A stretch of 64,000 nucleotides of DNA from Salpingoeca rosetta (taxonomy: Eukaryota; Protista; Choanoflagellata): contig JAWQFM010000010.1 of NCBI GenBank assembly GCA_033442325.1, positions 1,596,192-1,660,191 on the forward strand, written 5' to 3'. Within the stretch, counting starts at the first letter, position 1; every line of letters begins with the position of its first letter. This document shows, piece by piece, positions 1 through 22,870 of this stretch. The notes below the pieces were generated by a model. It had not been told where the DNA came from and ran no database searches. It saw nothing but the letters and a program-made list of their open reading frames with translations. The translations under genes and the position numbers were made by a program.

Positions 1-1797
<1,797 letters not shown>

Positions 1798-1858
1798 GGT
1801 GGTTGGTTGGCGTTGTTGTTTGTTGTTGTCGTGGGTGCCGCGAAATTCAAAACGCTGG

Positions 1859-1989
<131 letters not shown>

Positions 1990-2144
1990 ACTCTCTACGC
2001 CACGCACACACATGGTCTGTCTGACACTCTGTACGCCTCTGTCTTGCTCTCGCGCCCCGCCCCCTCTTTCTGTCACACACAAACAAGGAAGACAACAGCA
2101 GGTCGTTTACTTGGGCGTGCCGATAATGCACCAGCAAGGATAAG

Positions 2145-2775
2145 TTATGTGCGCGTGTGTAAGGTGATGTGGAGGTGGTGTGCTCGCTTGAGCCAGCGCA
2201 CACGGTGCAGATCCGAGTCGGGGTCAATGGTCTTGGGCAACGCAATGGTGAGACAGGCTGTTGTTGGTGTGTGCGTCACCTCCACTTGATCGTCCTCAAT
2301 CTCCACATCAAAGTCCGCTGCTCGCCACGTGCCATCATTGTTGGTTGCCGGCGCCACCACAATCGACTGCGTGTTGGCTTCCTCGTCAACCCTCAATGTG
2401 TACGTCAACTGCTGCTGCTGCTGCTGTTGTTGTTGTTGTTTAAGTTGTTGTTGTTGTTGTTGTTTAAGTTGTTGTTGTTGTTTAAGTTGTTGTTGTTGTT
2501 GTTGTTGTTGTTTAAGTTGTTGCTGTTGTTGTTGTTGTTGTTGTTGTTGTTGCCGTCGTCGCCTGTCCTCCTCCTCCTCCTCCTCCTCCTCCTCCTTCTG
2601 TTGCTCCTTCCCCTCTTTCCGTCCATCAGCTCGCTCGTGTACCCCTCCTGCCTCCCCATCGCCCTGTGCCCCCCGCTGCTGCGTCGGCAGGACGTGTGCC
2701 GATGCCCCGTGCTTCGCCTGAAACCGTTCAATTTCCCGCCGCAACCGCTCCTCCTCAATCGCAATGTCGCTCCTA

Positions 2776-2841
<66 letters not shown>

Positions 2842-3285
2842 CGTTGTGAAATGGGTGAGGACTAGCTATGGGCGAGGAATGCGGGAATGCTTGAGTGTTA
2901 GAGTACATGTGTCAGTAGGCTGCATGATGATGGCACACCCATGCATCCGATTGTTCCCGCTCACCTTCCGTTTGCCGTATTGCCTTGCTGCTGCTGCTGC
3001 TGCTGCTCAGCCATTTGCTTCTCCTCCAAGTCGTAGAACCAGTGGGTGACAGCATAGCGCGGCTTGGACGTCGGCAGCACCTTCCCCGCCATCAAAACGA
3101 GTGCACGGTTGCGTTGCATGCGGCACAAAGGGAATGGGTACATGCTGTCAACGTTGTGCAGACACACGGAAAAAGAGAGGCAGGCAGAAAGCGACAGCCA
3201 AGCGGCATTGCAAACACGACAGACAGACAGACAGACAGACACAGACACACAGACAGACAGACACACACAAACAAACACAGACACA

Positions 3286-3323
<38 letters not shown>

Positions 3324-5673
3324 AACAAGCAAACACACGATGGGCAACGCACTTCGTGTGGGACGCGCTTGTCTGAGAAGAAGATCACCATTGTGTCCAA
3401 TCGAGGAGGAATATCCACCAGCACTTTATCATCAAGATCACCACCACCGTCACCATCACCATCATCACGACTGCTGGCTGGTTTGTCATCGTGTGTGGCT
3501 TCCTCCTTGGACTGCGCGTACACACGCAGCTCACCGCCGTCGCCTTGCTGTGATTCCCCACCAGGAAGAGATAGTATGCATGAATGCCATCGTGACGAGT
3601 GTGCGCGCAACCACGCTACAGCATGAATGCCATCGTGACGAGTGTGCGCGCAACCACGCTACAGCATGAATGCCATCGTGACGAGTGTGCGCGCAACCAC
3701 GCTACAGCATGAATGCCATTGTGACGAGTGTGCGCGCAACCACGCTACAGCAAAGCGAATGTGTGTTGTGTATCACACTCCACAGGCAATTCTACAGCCT
3801 ATGAACCCCACCCCCACCTTCCAGCCATCGTTGAGGTAGTAGAGAACGGTGAGCTTCCTGCCGTTGCGGTGCGGGTTGTCGCAGTGCTTGATGTAGCGCG
3901 CGCCGTTGCCCGGGTAGCACGTGACCATGGCCTTGGAGCGTGATTCAAGAGTCTTCAACTCTGGCACAAGTGATGCAATCAACTGCAGTGCATGCAGCAA
4001 TCGCAAAGAGGGGACAGCACGTGGTGAGATGGAGGAGGAGGGGAAGACGGGCGGTGCCGAGATAGAATTGCTCAGCGAACGAACAGGCAAGGATGACACA
4101 CAGACACAGACACACAGACACACACACACACACACACACCTGTACGATGGTGTTCATCTTGCGGGAGAACGTCTTAAGCGCCGTGCCACGCCAACACTGA
4201 ACACCGCTACCAGCACCACTGTCGCCTTCATTCTCGTCATCGCTGTCGTTGTCGTTGATGGAATCGGCAATGGGTAGCTCGTCACGCTGCGTCGTGTCAT
4301 GGCACGGGTCTTCGTCGAACCAGCCAACCTAATGGTGGTGACGTGATAGTAAACGTGCAAGTGTTCACCATAAGCAGCGCTGTTGTAAACACAAACACAC
4401 AGACACACACAAACACACACAGACAACACAGACAACACAGACACAGACAGACACACGGACAAGACAGACAGGTGCATGAGCCATATCTGCGTACCTTATC
4501 GCCGCGAACAGCGGAGAGGATGTATTTGGTGTTTGCACCGGTCCGCCCGCCACCGAGCATACCAGAGCTCAGCCGACCCTGCGTTGAGTACAACGGAAGC
4601 AGCGGTTAGCGACTGGCAAACGGCAAACGGCGTACGCTAACGGACATGTCCATCCGCCCACTACACGCACGCACACATATACAGACACACGTACATGTGC
4701 TAACACAGGCATGCGAACGCACGCACACGAACCGCTCCATGCGCAGTTTTCACTTCTGTTGCAAGCCTGGCAGCCATCTCAGGCCCTGCGACCATGAGCA
4801 GTGCAGTGCGAACGCAAGGGTGTCAACAGGAGTCCAAACACGAGCAGGGCAGGCATACACACACAAATAAGTCGACACACACACACAAAACATTGGCGCG
4901 CGCACACGCACACACACACACACACACGAAACATTGGCACACGCACACACACACACATACGCACACACAAAACATTCGCACACACACACACACACACGTC
5001 TACATATGCACGCACCGAGGACGTTGGGCAAGATAACGTAGTTGTTGCGCATGAGTTGGGCAGCCAAATCCTTCGCCCATGCAAACACTTCAGGTTCATC
5101 CTTCATCAACTGCCTCACATGCTCGTACCGGCCGCTGTGTGTGAGCCAACAAGCCAAGGTTCGGTGGTGAGCAAAAGCACACGGTCCACCAGCACTGCGC
5201 ACGTGAACGGAAGGAATGATTGATGTAGCTTGGCAAGAGTGTGGTCACCAACTCCACACTCCACCTTCCCTTCACCGCACGCACACGCACCTATGCTTTT
5301 GGCCCTGCTCTCTGGGGATCTGAGCTTGGCCGGACGACCTCGAGCCCGTGCCTTGTGCAGCCGTCTCCTCTTCCTTCTTCTCTTCGTCGCCGTCGTCGTC
5401 GCTGTCCTCGTCGTCGCTGTCACGCTGCTTGGGTTGGGGTTGTGGCGTCTGTTGCAGTGCCGCCAAGACGGCCGCGATCTGGTTGAGCACGGCCACCGCT
5501 TCTTCCTCATCACTCGTGTCGTCAAACTTGGCCAGCTGTGCATACAGAGCCGCCTTTGTCTCCGTATCCATCCCACCCTTCCCACTGCCACCCACGCCAC
5601 TGTCAGCAGCAGCAGCGGCAGCGGCAATCGCCTGCTCCACAAGCGCCCTCGCTTGCGCCCTTCGAGTGCTCAT
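2145..5673 (-). CDS. EGLN/PHD-type 2OG-Fe(II) prolyl hydroxylase with polyQ linker and C-terminal PIH1/CS-like domain; multi-exon
   Basis: Exons encode VRGDK, AMVTCYPGNGARYIKHCDNP...RKLTVLYYLNDGWK|QGDGGELRVY, DIPPRLDTMVIFFSDKRVPHEV|LPTSKPRYAVTHWFYD. The HxD...H triad and 2OG-binding Arg of EGLN1 are intact. Start may be 5673 or 5715. Confidence 0.88.
2408..2552 (-). repeat. Coding polyQ tract with periodic LK interruptions
   Basis: (caa)n/(cag)n on the minus strand broken by cttaaa; translates QQQ-LK-QQQ in ORF 2145..2837. Confidence 0.9.
3578..3749. repeat. 43-bp minisatellite, 4 near-perfect tandem copies, intronic
   Basis: gcatgaatgccatcgtgacgagtgtgcgcgcaaccacgctaca starts at 3578, 3621, 3664 and 3707; one substitution in copy 4; no spacers. 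Confidence 0.97.
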
Positions 5674-5747
5674 CGCTGTTCGTTTGTTCGTTTGTGTTTG
5701 GCTGTTGCGCTTCATATCCGACACTGATTTCAGTCTCCACCACTTTT

Positions 5748-5756
5748 GTTGCCAAC
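5748..5756. promoter_or_regulatory. Candidate RFX-type element GTTGCCAAC in a short bidirectional promoter
   Basis: Quasi-palindrome GTTG-C-CAAC lies between the divergent ATGs at 5673 (-) and 5805 (+); it resembles the GTTGYCA X-box half-site. Confidence 0.4.
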
Positions 5757-5804
5757 ACGAAAGACAACCAACAACCAGCAACAGCACGAACACCAACGAG
5801 CCCC

Positions 5805-8385
<2,581 letters not shown>

Positions 8386-8631
8386 GGCCAGACACTCATG
8401 AAAATGAGCAGAGTTGTGTTGTGAGGAGGATCAAGGAGTGAGGTAGTTGGTGGACCTCTCTGTGTGGATGTCGTGTTGTTCCGGTTCCACTTGCGTTTCC
8501 GTTCTGTTTTCGTTCTTGTTGCATTCATGATGCATTGCTCAGCCTTTGCAATTACATTTTACGGGGACAAACAACACTAAGCGATGCTCACCAACAGAGC
8601 AAGAGGGAGGGAGAGGGAGAGGAAAGGCAAT

Positions 8632-8686
<55 letters not shown>

Positions 8687-8865
8687 TAAACACACACACA
8701 CACACAAATAAACACACACACACAAACAAACAAACACACAATAAACACACACACAATAAACACACAAGCGCGCGCACACACAGACACGAATGCATACATA
8801 AACACATGGGCTCTCACACATAGGCACATCGACTCAAAAGCTAAAACGGATGCTTGTGAATGGGT

Positions 8866-8992
8866 TCATCCACGCTTTGCTTTCTTCTTGCTCGCGCCCT
8901 TGCTGGCAGTCTTCTTCTTTGCACCTGCAGAGAGCGCGCGAGGTGTGATGTTGTGGCAGAACAGCGGCGTTGGTGAGAGGGGTGAAGGTAGC

Positions 8993-9025
<33 letters not shown>

Positions 9026-9778
9026 ACCTGATCGTTTCTTTGATGCAGCAGCAGCCTTTCCGCCACCGCCACCGCGCTTCTTCTTCTGCTTGATCATGGC
9101 GTCACCAGACACATCCTCGTCATCCTCGTCATCCTCGTCGCCATCATTGCTGCCGCCCTCGTCCTCCTCCATCTTGAACATCTCCTCTGCACACCCGCCG
9201 GCACAACGCAGCCACGCGTGAGGCAATGCAAGACGAAGGAACATTCATACCAGAACAGCGAATCACACACGCGCATTCACGCACAACACACACATACAAG
9301 ACACACACACACACAGCAAAGTAAACACGCACACAGTCCTTGTTTTTTCTCGTTCAACAACCCCCCACCCTTCCTCCTCTCCAGGCTGACCTGTGTCGGG
9401 TGCCTTCTGCTTCTTCTTCCGCTTCGATGCGGCCTCCTCTGCATACGGCAGCATGTGCGCGCTGCTGTTGTACGCGCGCGTGAACGCCGTCTTGGTCTTC
9501 GTGTCAAGGCGTTTCGTGGGGTCGGGCAGGCCCGAGAGCTGGCTCAGCTCGTGCAAGGAGTCCCAGTCCGCGCGCGTCAGGTTGTACGCGTTCATCACCG
9601 CCACGGCATCCTTTGCTCCGTCAGCGCCTGAGGCGGTGCAGGCGGTGGGAAGCGTGATGTGGTGTTGGTGGGAATGCAGATAGAGGGGGAGGGGGGAAGT
9701 GAGTGCATGGTGTGGTGGTGAATGAAGGAGAGGCGGAAAAGGTGAACAAGCGAGAGCGCCCGTAATGGCAGACTACCA

Positions 9779-9875
<97 letters not shown>

Positions 9876-11401
9876 GCATCAACAGCAGCAGCAGTAGCAG
9901 CGAACCTTGTTCGATGAGGGGCTGCATAATCTGCGCGCGAAGGTACGGCACGTAGGAGAGGCGCATGTCTGTGGTGTCTGCCGAAATGTCTTTGCGCATG
10001 TGTTGCTGGAGCTCACTGCACTGACGTCGTGATTTTGTGCGCTTGCTGTTGTTGCCGAACCACTGCCAGAAGGCAAACACGTCATCAACACGAATCATGT
10101 GGTGAGCACATAACTTAGGGGTGCTTATGCACATGAAGCACGAACACAACGACGACATCCACAACCCATCCCTTTCAACGGCAGTCACATCCATCACTGT
10201 GAACGCATGTGCATGTGTATCGCGGGCTTACCGAGCTGAATTCGATGCGCCCGTGAAGGCTTCCACGCATGATGAACCCGGGCCTTGACGGAGTGTAGGA
10301 AGAAGGGGGGAGGGATAGAGCCGGCGTGGCGGATGATGGAAGGTGCGGATAAGGGGGGTGAGGAAGGGAGAACAACTCTCACAAAGTTATGGCATGGGGA
10401 CAAGAACAACACACGCGCTCTTGCATCCACTCATACATATGCACACACCTGATGCAGGACATGTATCCGTAGACGGGGAGGGCGCTAAATGCAGAGTTGG
10501 CCATCATAAAGTTGCCAACCTGAACGGCGGCAGCAACAGGTGCACACCAAAGCCAAGACATGAGGGGTGGAGCCGTGTGTGAGGACGACACAGGGCGTGG
10601 CGAATCCACTTGTGGAAGCACAAACACGAATGCACATGTGTGTGTATGTGTGCATAGAGATGTGTTGACTGACGAGTTCGGCTTCCGAGATTGCGTCAGC
10701 GGCGTCGGCGATGGTGGAAAGGACATCCACAGGTCCGGATTTGCCTTTGAAAAGCATAAAAGCGTCAAGTACAGCAGCACACGTGAGCCAGGGCGTGCGT
10801 GCGTGCTTGTGTATGTGTGTGCGTGTGTGCGTGTGTGTCTGTGTATGGGTGTGTGTGTTATGTGTCTGTGTTGTATGTGCGTGCGTGTGTACGGGGCATT
10901 GCTTGGGGGTACCGTGTGGGGCGCAGCGGAGGTAGTTCTCCTGCATGAAGAGCGGCATTGCCGAGTAGTCCTGGAAAAACGCCTCCTGCAGCTCATACCC
11001 GCGCGGTCCTGGCGCACGGCACCGCACAAGGAGGGAGAGGAGGGAGGGGGTGTTGGTCGTGGTGATGGTGGTCGTATTGGACGCGGGGGGGGGGAGGTGG
11101 TGGCATTGGTGTCAGGTGAGCATTGTTGTGCGCAAGGGGTGTGAGAGAGGACCTGTGTACACTGTGCTCTGTGTGCGCGATTATGTTTGCGCGTGCGTGC
11201 GTGAAGATTGGAGTTTCTGCTGGTGCGGTGTTGCCATGGCTGGTGCTTACGCTGCGCGGCGCGGAAGAAGAGAGGAAGGCAATCCCAGGGCGTCTTCTTC
11301 GTGTACTTGGTCGCGTTCTTGATCTGCCATTTCCAAACGTTGCATGCGTGAGCGCAAATGTTAAAAGCCCACGACGCTTCATCTCACCCACCACACGACA
11401 C

Positions 11402-11433
<32 letters not shown>

Positions 11434-11824
11434 CAGCACCAATGTGACACACGCACGTCGCGGTCGATAATGTCCTGGCGCTCAACAAAGTTTGCGTTGT
11501 CTCTGCTCCACATGTACATGTTGTTGAGAATCTGGCGAATGTCTCCGTTTGCCCCCTCAATGATGCGATCCAGCACAATCGGATTGAGCGACAGCCCTGC
11601 ACACGGCAGTGAACGCACAGACGGAAGGAGAGAGGTGCAAGGTGTGTGTGTGTGTGCGTGTGTGTGTGTGCGTGCGTGTGTGAACGTGGGTGGTTACATG
11701 GGACAGCCCATTCATCTGCAACAGCACCAGCCATGACAGCAGCAGCACCACCACCACTAACTACAACAAACGACACCATGACGCCCACTACCATCTAAGC
11801 ACCCATGAACCGCGTGCATGCGCT

Positions 11825-11889
<65 letters not shown>

Positions 11890-14244
11890 ATGTGCGTGTG
11901 CATGTGCGGCACCTTCTTTGAAGGCGACGGACATCATGGCCGAGCGAATCTGTTTCGTCTGCAGTTTGCGGAAGGGGAGGTGGAACGAGACATCACGCAG
12001 TCGGCGCAGCTTCTGCGGCACGTCGTTTGCAATGCAGATAATCGGCATCTTGGTTGTCTTGATGAGCTTCATAATCTCGCCAACGCCGCCCCGGTCCTCG
12101 TTGCCCGCCATCCCGTCAACCTCATCGAAGATCACAGCCTGAACGCGAGTGCAATCGACGCAGTGTGGTGGCGGTGGTGGTTGAAGATGAGTGGGCAGTG
12201 GTGGTGGCGGCGATTATGGTCGTGTCCGTGGTGGTGATTGCGGGAATGGCAACTCATATTCACCTTGAACAAACATGGGCCCCACGCACACTCATTCATG
12301 ATTGTCAGCGCACCACTTTGGTTGCACGGGGCTTCGTTGCGGTGCCGTAGAATTGCGTCATGGTGCAGTTGCGGGTGAGGGGCCCGATTTGCGCCTCAAG
12401 CAACTTCTTACTCCGCGCATCGCTCGCATTCAGCTCAATCGGCTGCATGTGCGTGTGCGTGTGCGTGTGTGAGTGTGAGTGTGAGTGTGAGTGTGAGTGT
12501 GAGTGTGAGTGTGAGTGTGAGTGTGAGTGTGAGTGTGAGTGTGAGTGTGAGTGTGTGAATGGGTGTGAGTGTGAATGGGTGTGAGTGTGAGTGTGAGTGA
12601 ATGGGTGTGCGTGTGAGTGTGAGTGTGAGTGTGAGTGTGTGAGTGTGAATGGGTGCGTGAATGTGCAGCAGACAAGCAAATGTGGCCAGTCAGTCTGCAT
12701 CAGCCACAATCAAACAACCCCACGCCGCATGCGCCGGCCACGCACCTCGTAACCGCACGCCTCACAGACGAGCTTTGCGGTCGTCGTCTTGCCAATGCCC
12801 GGCGGACCAACCAGCAGCGCACACCGCTTGTCAAACCCAGTGTCGTCTGCACACGTACACATGCAAGCTTGTGAGTGATTGCGACGTGACGGACGCAGAC
12901 AACAAACGCGCGCGCTCTGCCTCACTCAACGATGTACACACACAAGAACGCACACACGCAACACACGCACACACAAACACACAAACACATACGCACACAG
13001 CACGTGCACGATCCCAAACCCACTCTTTGTTGGTTTGTTGTTCTTGCGGGGCAGGTGCTGGTGCCAGGATTCGAGCCAGGCCTTGAGCTTCTTGGCGTTG
13101 CTGCGCGCGCCTGACTGACCCACAATCTTCTCCATGCTCTTCGGGGCGTACTTGACCGTCCACAAGTCTCCAACGGCCGATTGCGGTGGTGGCGATGACG
13201 CTGTAGCGGTTGCACGCTTCGCTCCTGCCGCTGACGATGACGATGATGATGAAGCTTTGAGTGCTGCTGATGTTGTTGCTGATTTCTTGGTTGCTGTCGC
13301 CTTCTTGCCGCCCTTCTTGCCACCTGGACGGGGAGGGAGGGGTGCAAGGCAGGTGTATGCGCACGTGTGCGTGGGTGTGTGAGAAGTGTTAGCGCATGTA
13401 AGCCGACAGCAGTGGGAACAAGCACATTGGCACTGGCACTGCGGCTGGTTCTGGACAGCGAACACAATGGCACCACACACATAGACACACACAGGCACAC
13501 AAAGTCATGTGACCGCACCTGTGGTGATGTCGTCAAATGGCTTCTCGGGCAGTGTGCGAATCAGGTCAAACAGACCGTCCTCGTCAATGACGTTCAACTT
13601 CAACTCCTCGGCCTTCTTCATCTTGGAGGGGCCCGGTTCAATTCCGGCAACAATGTAGTTGACCCGCCCGCTCACGCTCTTCTGCACAGCGCCGCCGTGG
13701 TCCTTGATCAGCCGCTCAGCCTGCAGGCGTGGTGGTGAATGTGAGGTGGGTTGTTGGTGGCAGCGTGACGTCATGATGAATCTGCTGGTTTGCGAATGTG
13801 GAAATGCAGCGTGCACAATCGTGTTGATAATAATGCAACGCATGAACACGCACATGAACGCACACAGACACATAGACACACAGACACACACACACACACA
13901 CAAAGCAAGCGCGGACCGTATCGCGTTCGATGGAGTCGAGAACGCCCGTGAGGACAAACTTGAGGCCGCCAAGGCAGTTCTGCGCCCCAGATGGCAGCGG
14001 CTTCTGGCCGAGGTTTGGCGGCGCGAGATTCTGCATGCGCTGCTTGTACGCCCAGAAGTTGGACCCTTTCTTCGGTGTCGTCTCCGTGCTGCCACCACCC
14101 GCCGATGCTGATGCTGCTGATGCTGATGATGATGCTGATGATGCTGATGTGGCTGCTGTCTTGGATGTGCTCGTTGCTGATTTCTTGGGCGACGTCGTCT
14201 TGGCCTTTTTCTTCTTCAGCTGCAGGCGGTGCGTGTGTGTGTTT

Positions 14245-14322
<78 letters not shown>

Positions 14323-15839
14323 AATGATGGTGGCACGAACGCTGCCAAAGCGCCACTGCAAGCACGAGATGAGTTCAACGGACACAAACACACACACATC
14401 ACACGCGCACGCACGTACCGCTGCTGGAACGAATCCGCCATCATCATCATCGTCGTCGTCGTCGTCGTCTTCAATGACGGCGCGTGGTGGCGCTGTCTTT
14501 GGTGTCGCCTTTGTCTTCGTGTCGACCGATGCTCGCCCCTTCTCCCGCGTGCTCCCCTTGCTCTTCTTGGGGCTGGTCTTGCTCGGGCCACCCTGCACCG
14601 CCTTGTTGGTGCTGTCATGGCCACCATCACCGCTGCTGTCGTCGTCCTCAATCACCTCTCGTTTTGGTTTCGCCGCTGCCGCTGCCGCTGCCTTCTTGCG
14701 GGGTGAACGCCGTGTTTTGACTGGCGATGCCGTCGCAGACTTGTTCTCCTTCTTGACAGTCTTCTCGTCCTGCTTGCTCTTCTTCGTCTGCTTCGCTCCC
14801 TTCTCGTCGCCACTCCCGCTTCCGTTCCCAATCGCGTCATCATCATCATCACCGCCACCGTTGTCGTCGTCGTCACCCATCAGCACCGCCAGCGCTTCAG
14901 CCTCATCAATCTGTGTGAGCGACGTGTGTGTGTGTGTGTGTGTGAGTGTGTGTGTGTGTGTGAGTGAGAGTGTGTGTGGATGTGTGAGCGAGTGCGTGAG
15001 AGAGTGTGTGTGCGTGTGACAGTAGTGAGCAAGTGGTGACCTGGTCAAGCCCCAGCGTACAGGAGCGAGCAAGGGCAAGCAAGGGGCAGCGTCAAGTGTG
15101 TGTGTGTGTCAGAGTTGCATACGTCATCGTCATTGTCGTCGGGAACCGCAACAACTTCGTCCTCGTCATCATCCTCGATAATCATGGAGCGCTGAGCCTG
15201 GCAACAAATACAACAGCAGCAGCAGCAGCAGCAACAGCAAGAAATGCAGCAAGCAAATCAAGAAGGTAAAGGAGGTCGGCCAAGGGTAGATATGAGTAAG
15301 AGAGGGGTACATTGTTGAGTGAGTGAGTGAGTACCAGCGATAAGCAGTGTGGCAGCGGGCATCGACACGGGTGCCACTTGGGCTGCTCTCAGCATGGTTT
15401 GGGACTGAGCATGAGGTGCGGCACATCACGCATGCGCAAGACTGGCAGGCACCTTGGCTGTGGGCTTGTCTTTGCCTTTCTTTGCGCGCTTCGATGCTGG
15501 GCGCTGGCTGAAAAAGTCGCGAGCACTGATTTCCGTCTTGGAGTCGACAAAGTCTCCATCATCAGAGTCCTAGCGGGTGTGGCAGTGCAGTACAGGCAGG
15601 CAGGCACAAGGGTGTGTGAAAACGGGGCAGGCACAGCAGAAGGGAACTCATGCTGCAGAGGCACACTCACACACATAGACACACACACACACACACATAG
15701 ACACATACACAAACACACACACACACACAAACACACATGCGTGCATGTTCTGCCTCACCACATCGATGACCTCTGGCTGCTTCTTCTTGCCGCCCTTCTT
15801 CTTTGGCTTTTGTGAAAAGAAGGCCCGGATGTCCGCCAT
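8866..15839 (-). CDS. RFC1: Replication factor C large subunit; multi-exon
   Basis: N-terminus MADIRAFF; BRCT ([18 protein letters not shown]...[15 protein letters not shown]); LWTVKYAP; Walker [10 protein letters not shown]; [10 protein letters not shown]; Walker [17 protein letters not shown]; C-terminal KTAFTRAYN. Confidence 0.96.
12448..12660. repeat. (GAGTGT)n hexamer microsatellite in an RFC1 intron
   Basis: Directly visible. Confidence 0.9.
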
Positions 15840-16244
15840 GGCTGCCTGTCGACCCACATACACACACACACAACATGCATAAGCCAACATGGTGAGGCAG
15901 ACAGAACCAGAGGCAGACCCACCACATCACACACCACACAGCACCACAGCACGTTTGCTCGGACTTGTGTCTCTCACTGACTGACTGATGGCTTTGGCGC
16001 GATCAGGGTTGCGGATAATTCTCCATGATTCCCAATACAATTCCAGCCGGAAACCGCCCAAGGAACAAAAACAAAAGCAACACCGCAGCAACAGCAGCAG
16101 CAGCATTCACATCTCACTGCAACTCGGGCAACTGTCGTCGCGTTTTTGCCCTTGCTGCACTCGTGCACACAAGATCAGGAACCACAAGCAGTGCAGACAT
16201 CAACACCCTGCAAGCGGGCAAGTGAGCGAGTAAGCGAGTGAACG

Positions 16245-22403
<6,159 letters not shown>

Positions 22404-22870
22404 TTGTGGTGTTGCTTGCGTTGATGCTTGTTGTCCTGTTTGTTGTTCTGTTTGTTGTTCTGTTTGTTGTTCTGTTGCATTACGTGTATGTTGCACTGCT
22501 GCGTTGGTGCTGCTCTTGATGTCACGTGTTTTGACTGTGTAGGTGGAGTGATGCTGCACAGCATCCCTCTCTCTGTCTCTGTCTGTCTGTCTCTCTGTGT
22601 GGCAATGGCCTGTTGGGTGAAGGAGACACATTGAACACTTCAATTCACGACCAAATACACCACGACCTGCACTGACATTGGCAAAACAAGTCAACAAGAC
22701 CACTGCACACATGCACACACACATAAACACAACAACACAAAACACATCAACACACATACGCACGCATAAACACATGCACACGTGCAAGAGCAAAAACACC
22801 ATCCCCCCCCCCAGGAAATCACATTGTCACGACATCTGGGAAGAAGGGGGTGGAATGACAGCTGGCGGCG

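Noticed and set aside
3578-3749. 43-bp repeat as a CRISPR array
   Set aside because: Units are contiguous with no unique spacers, there are no cas genes, and it lies in a eukaryotic intron.
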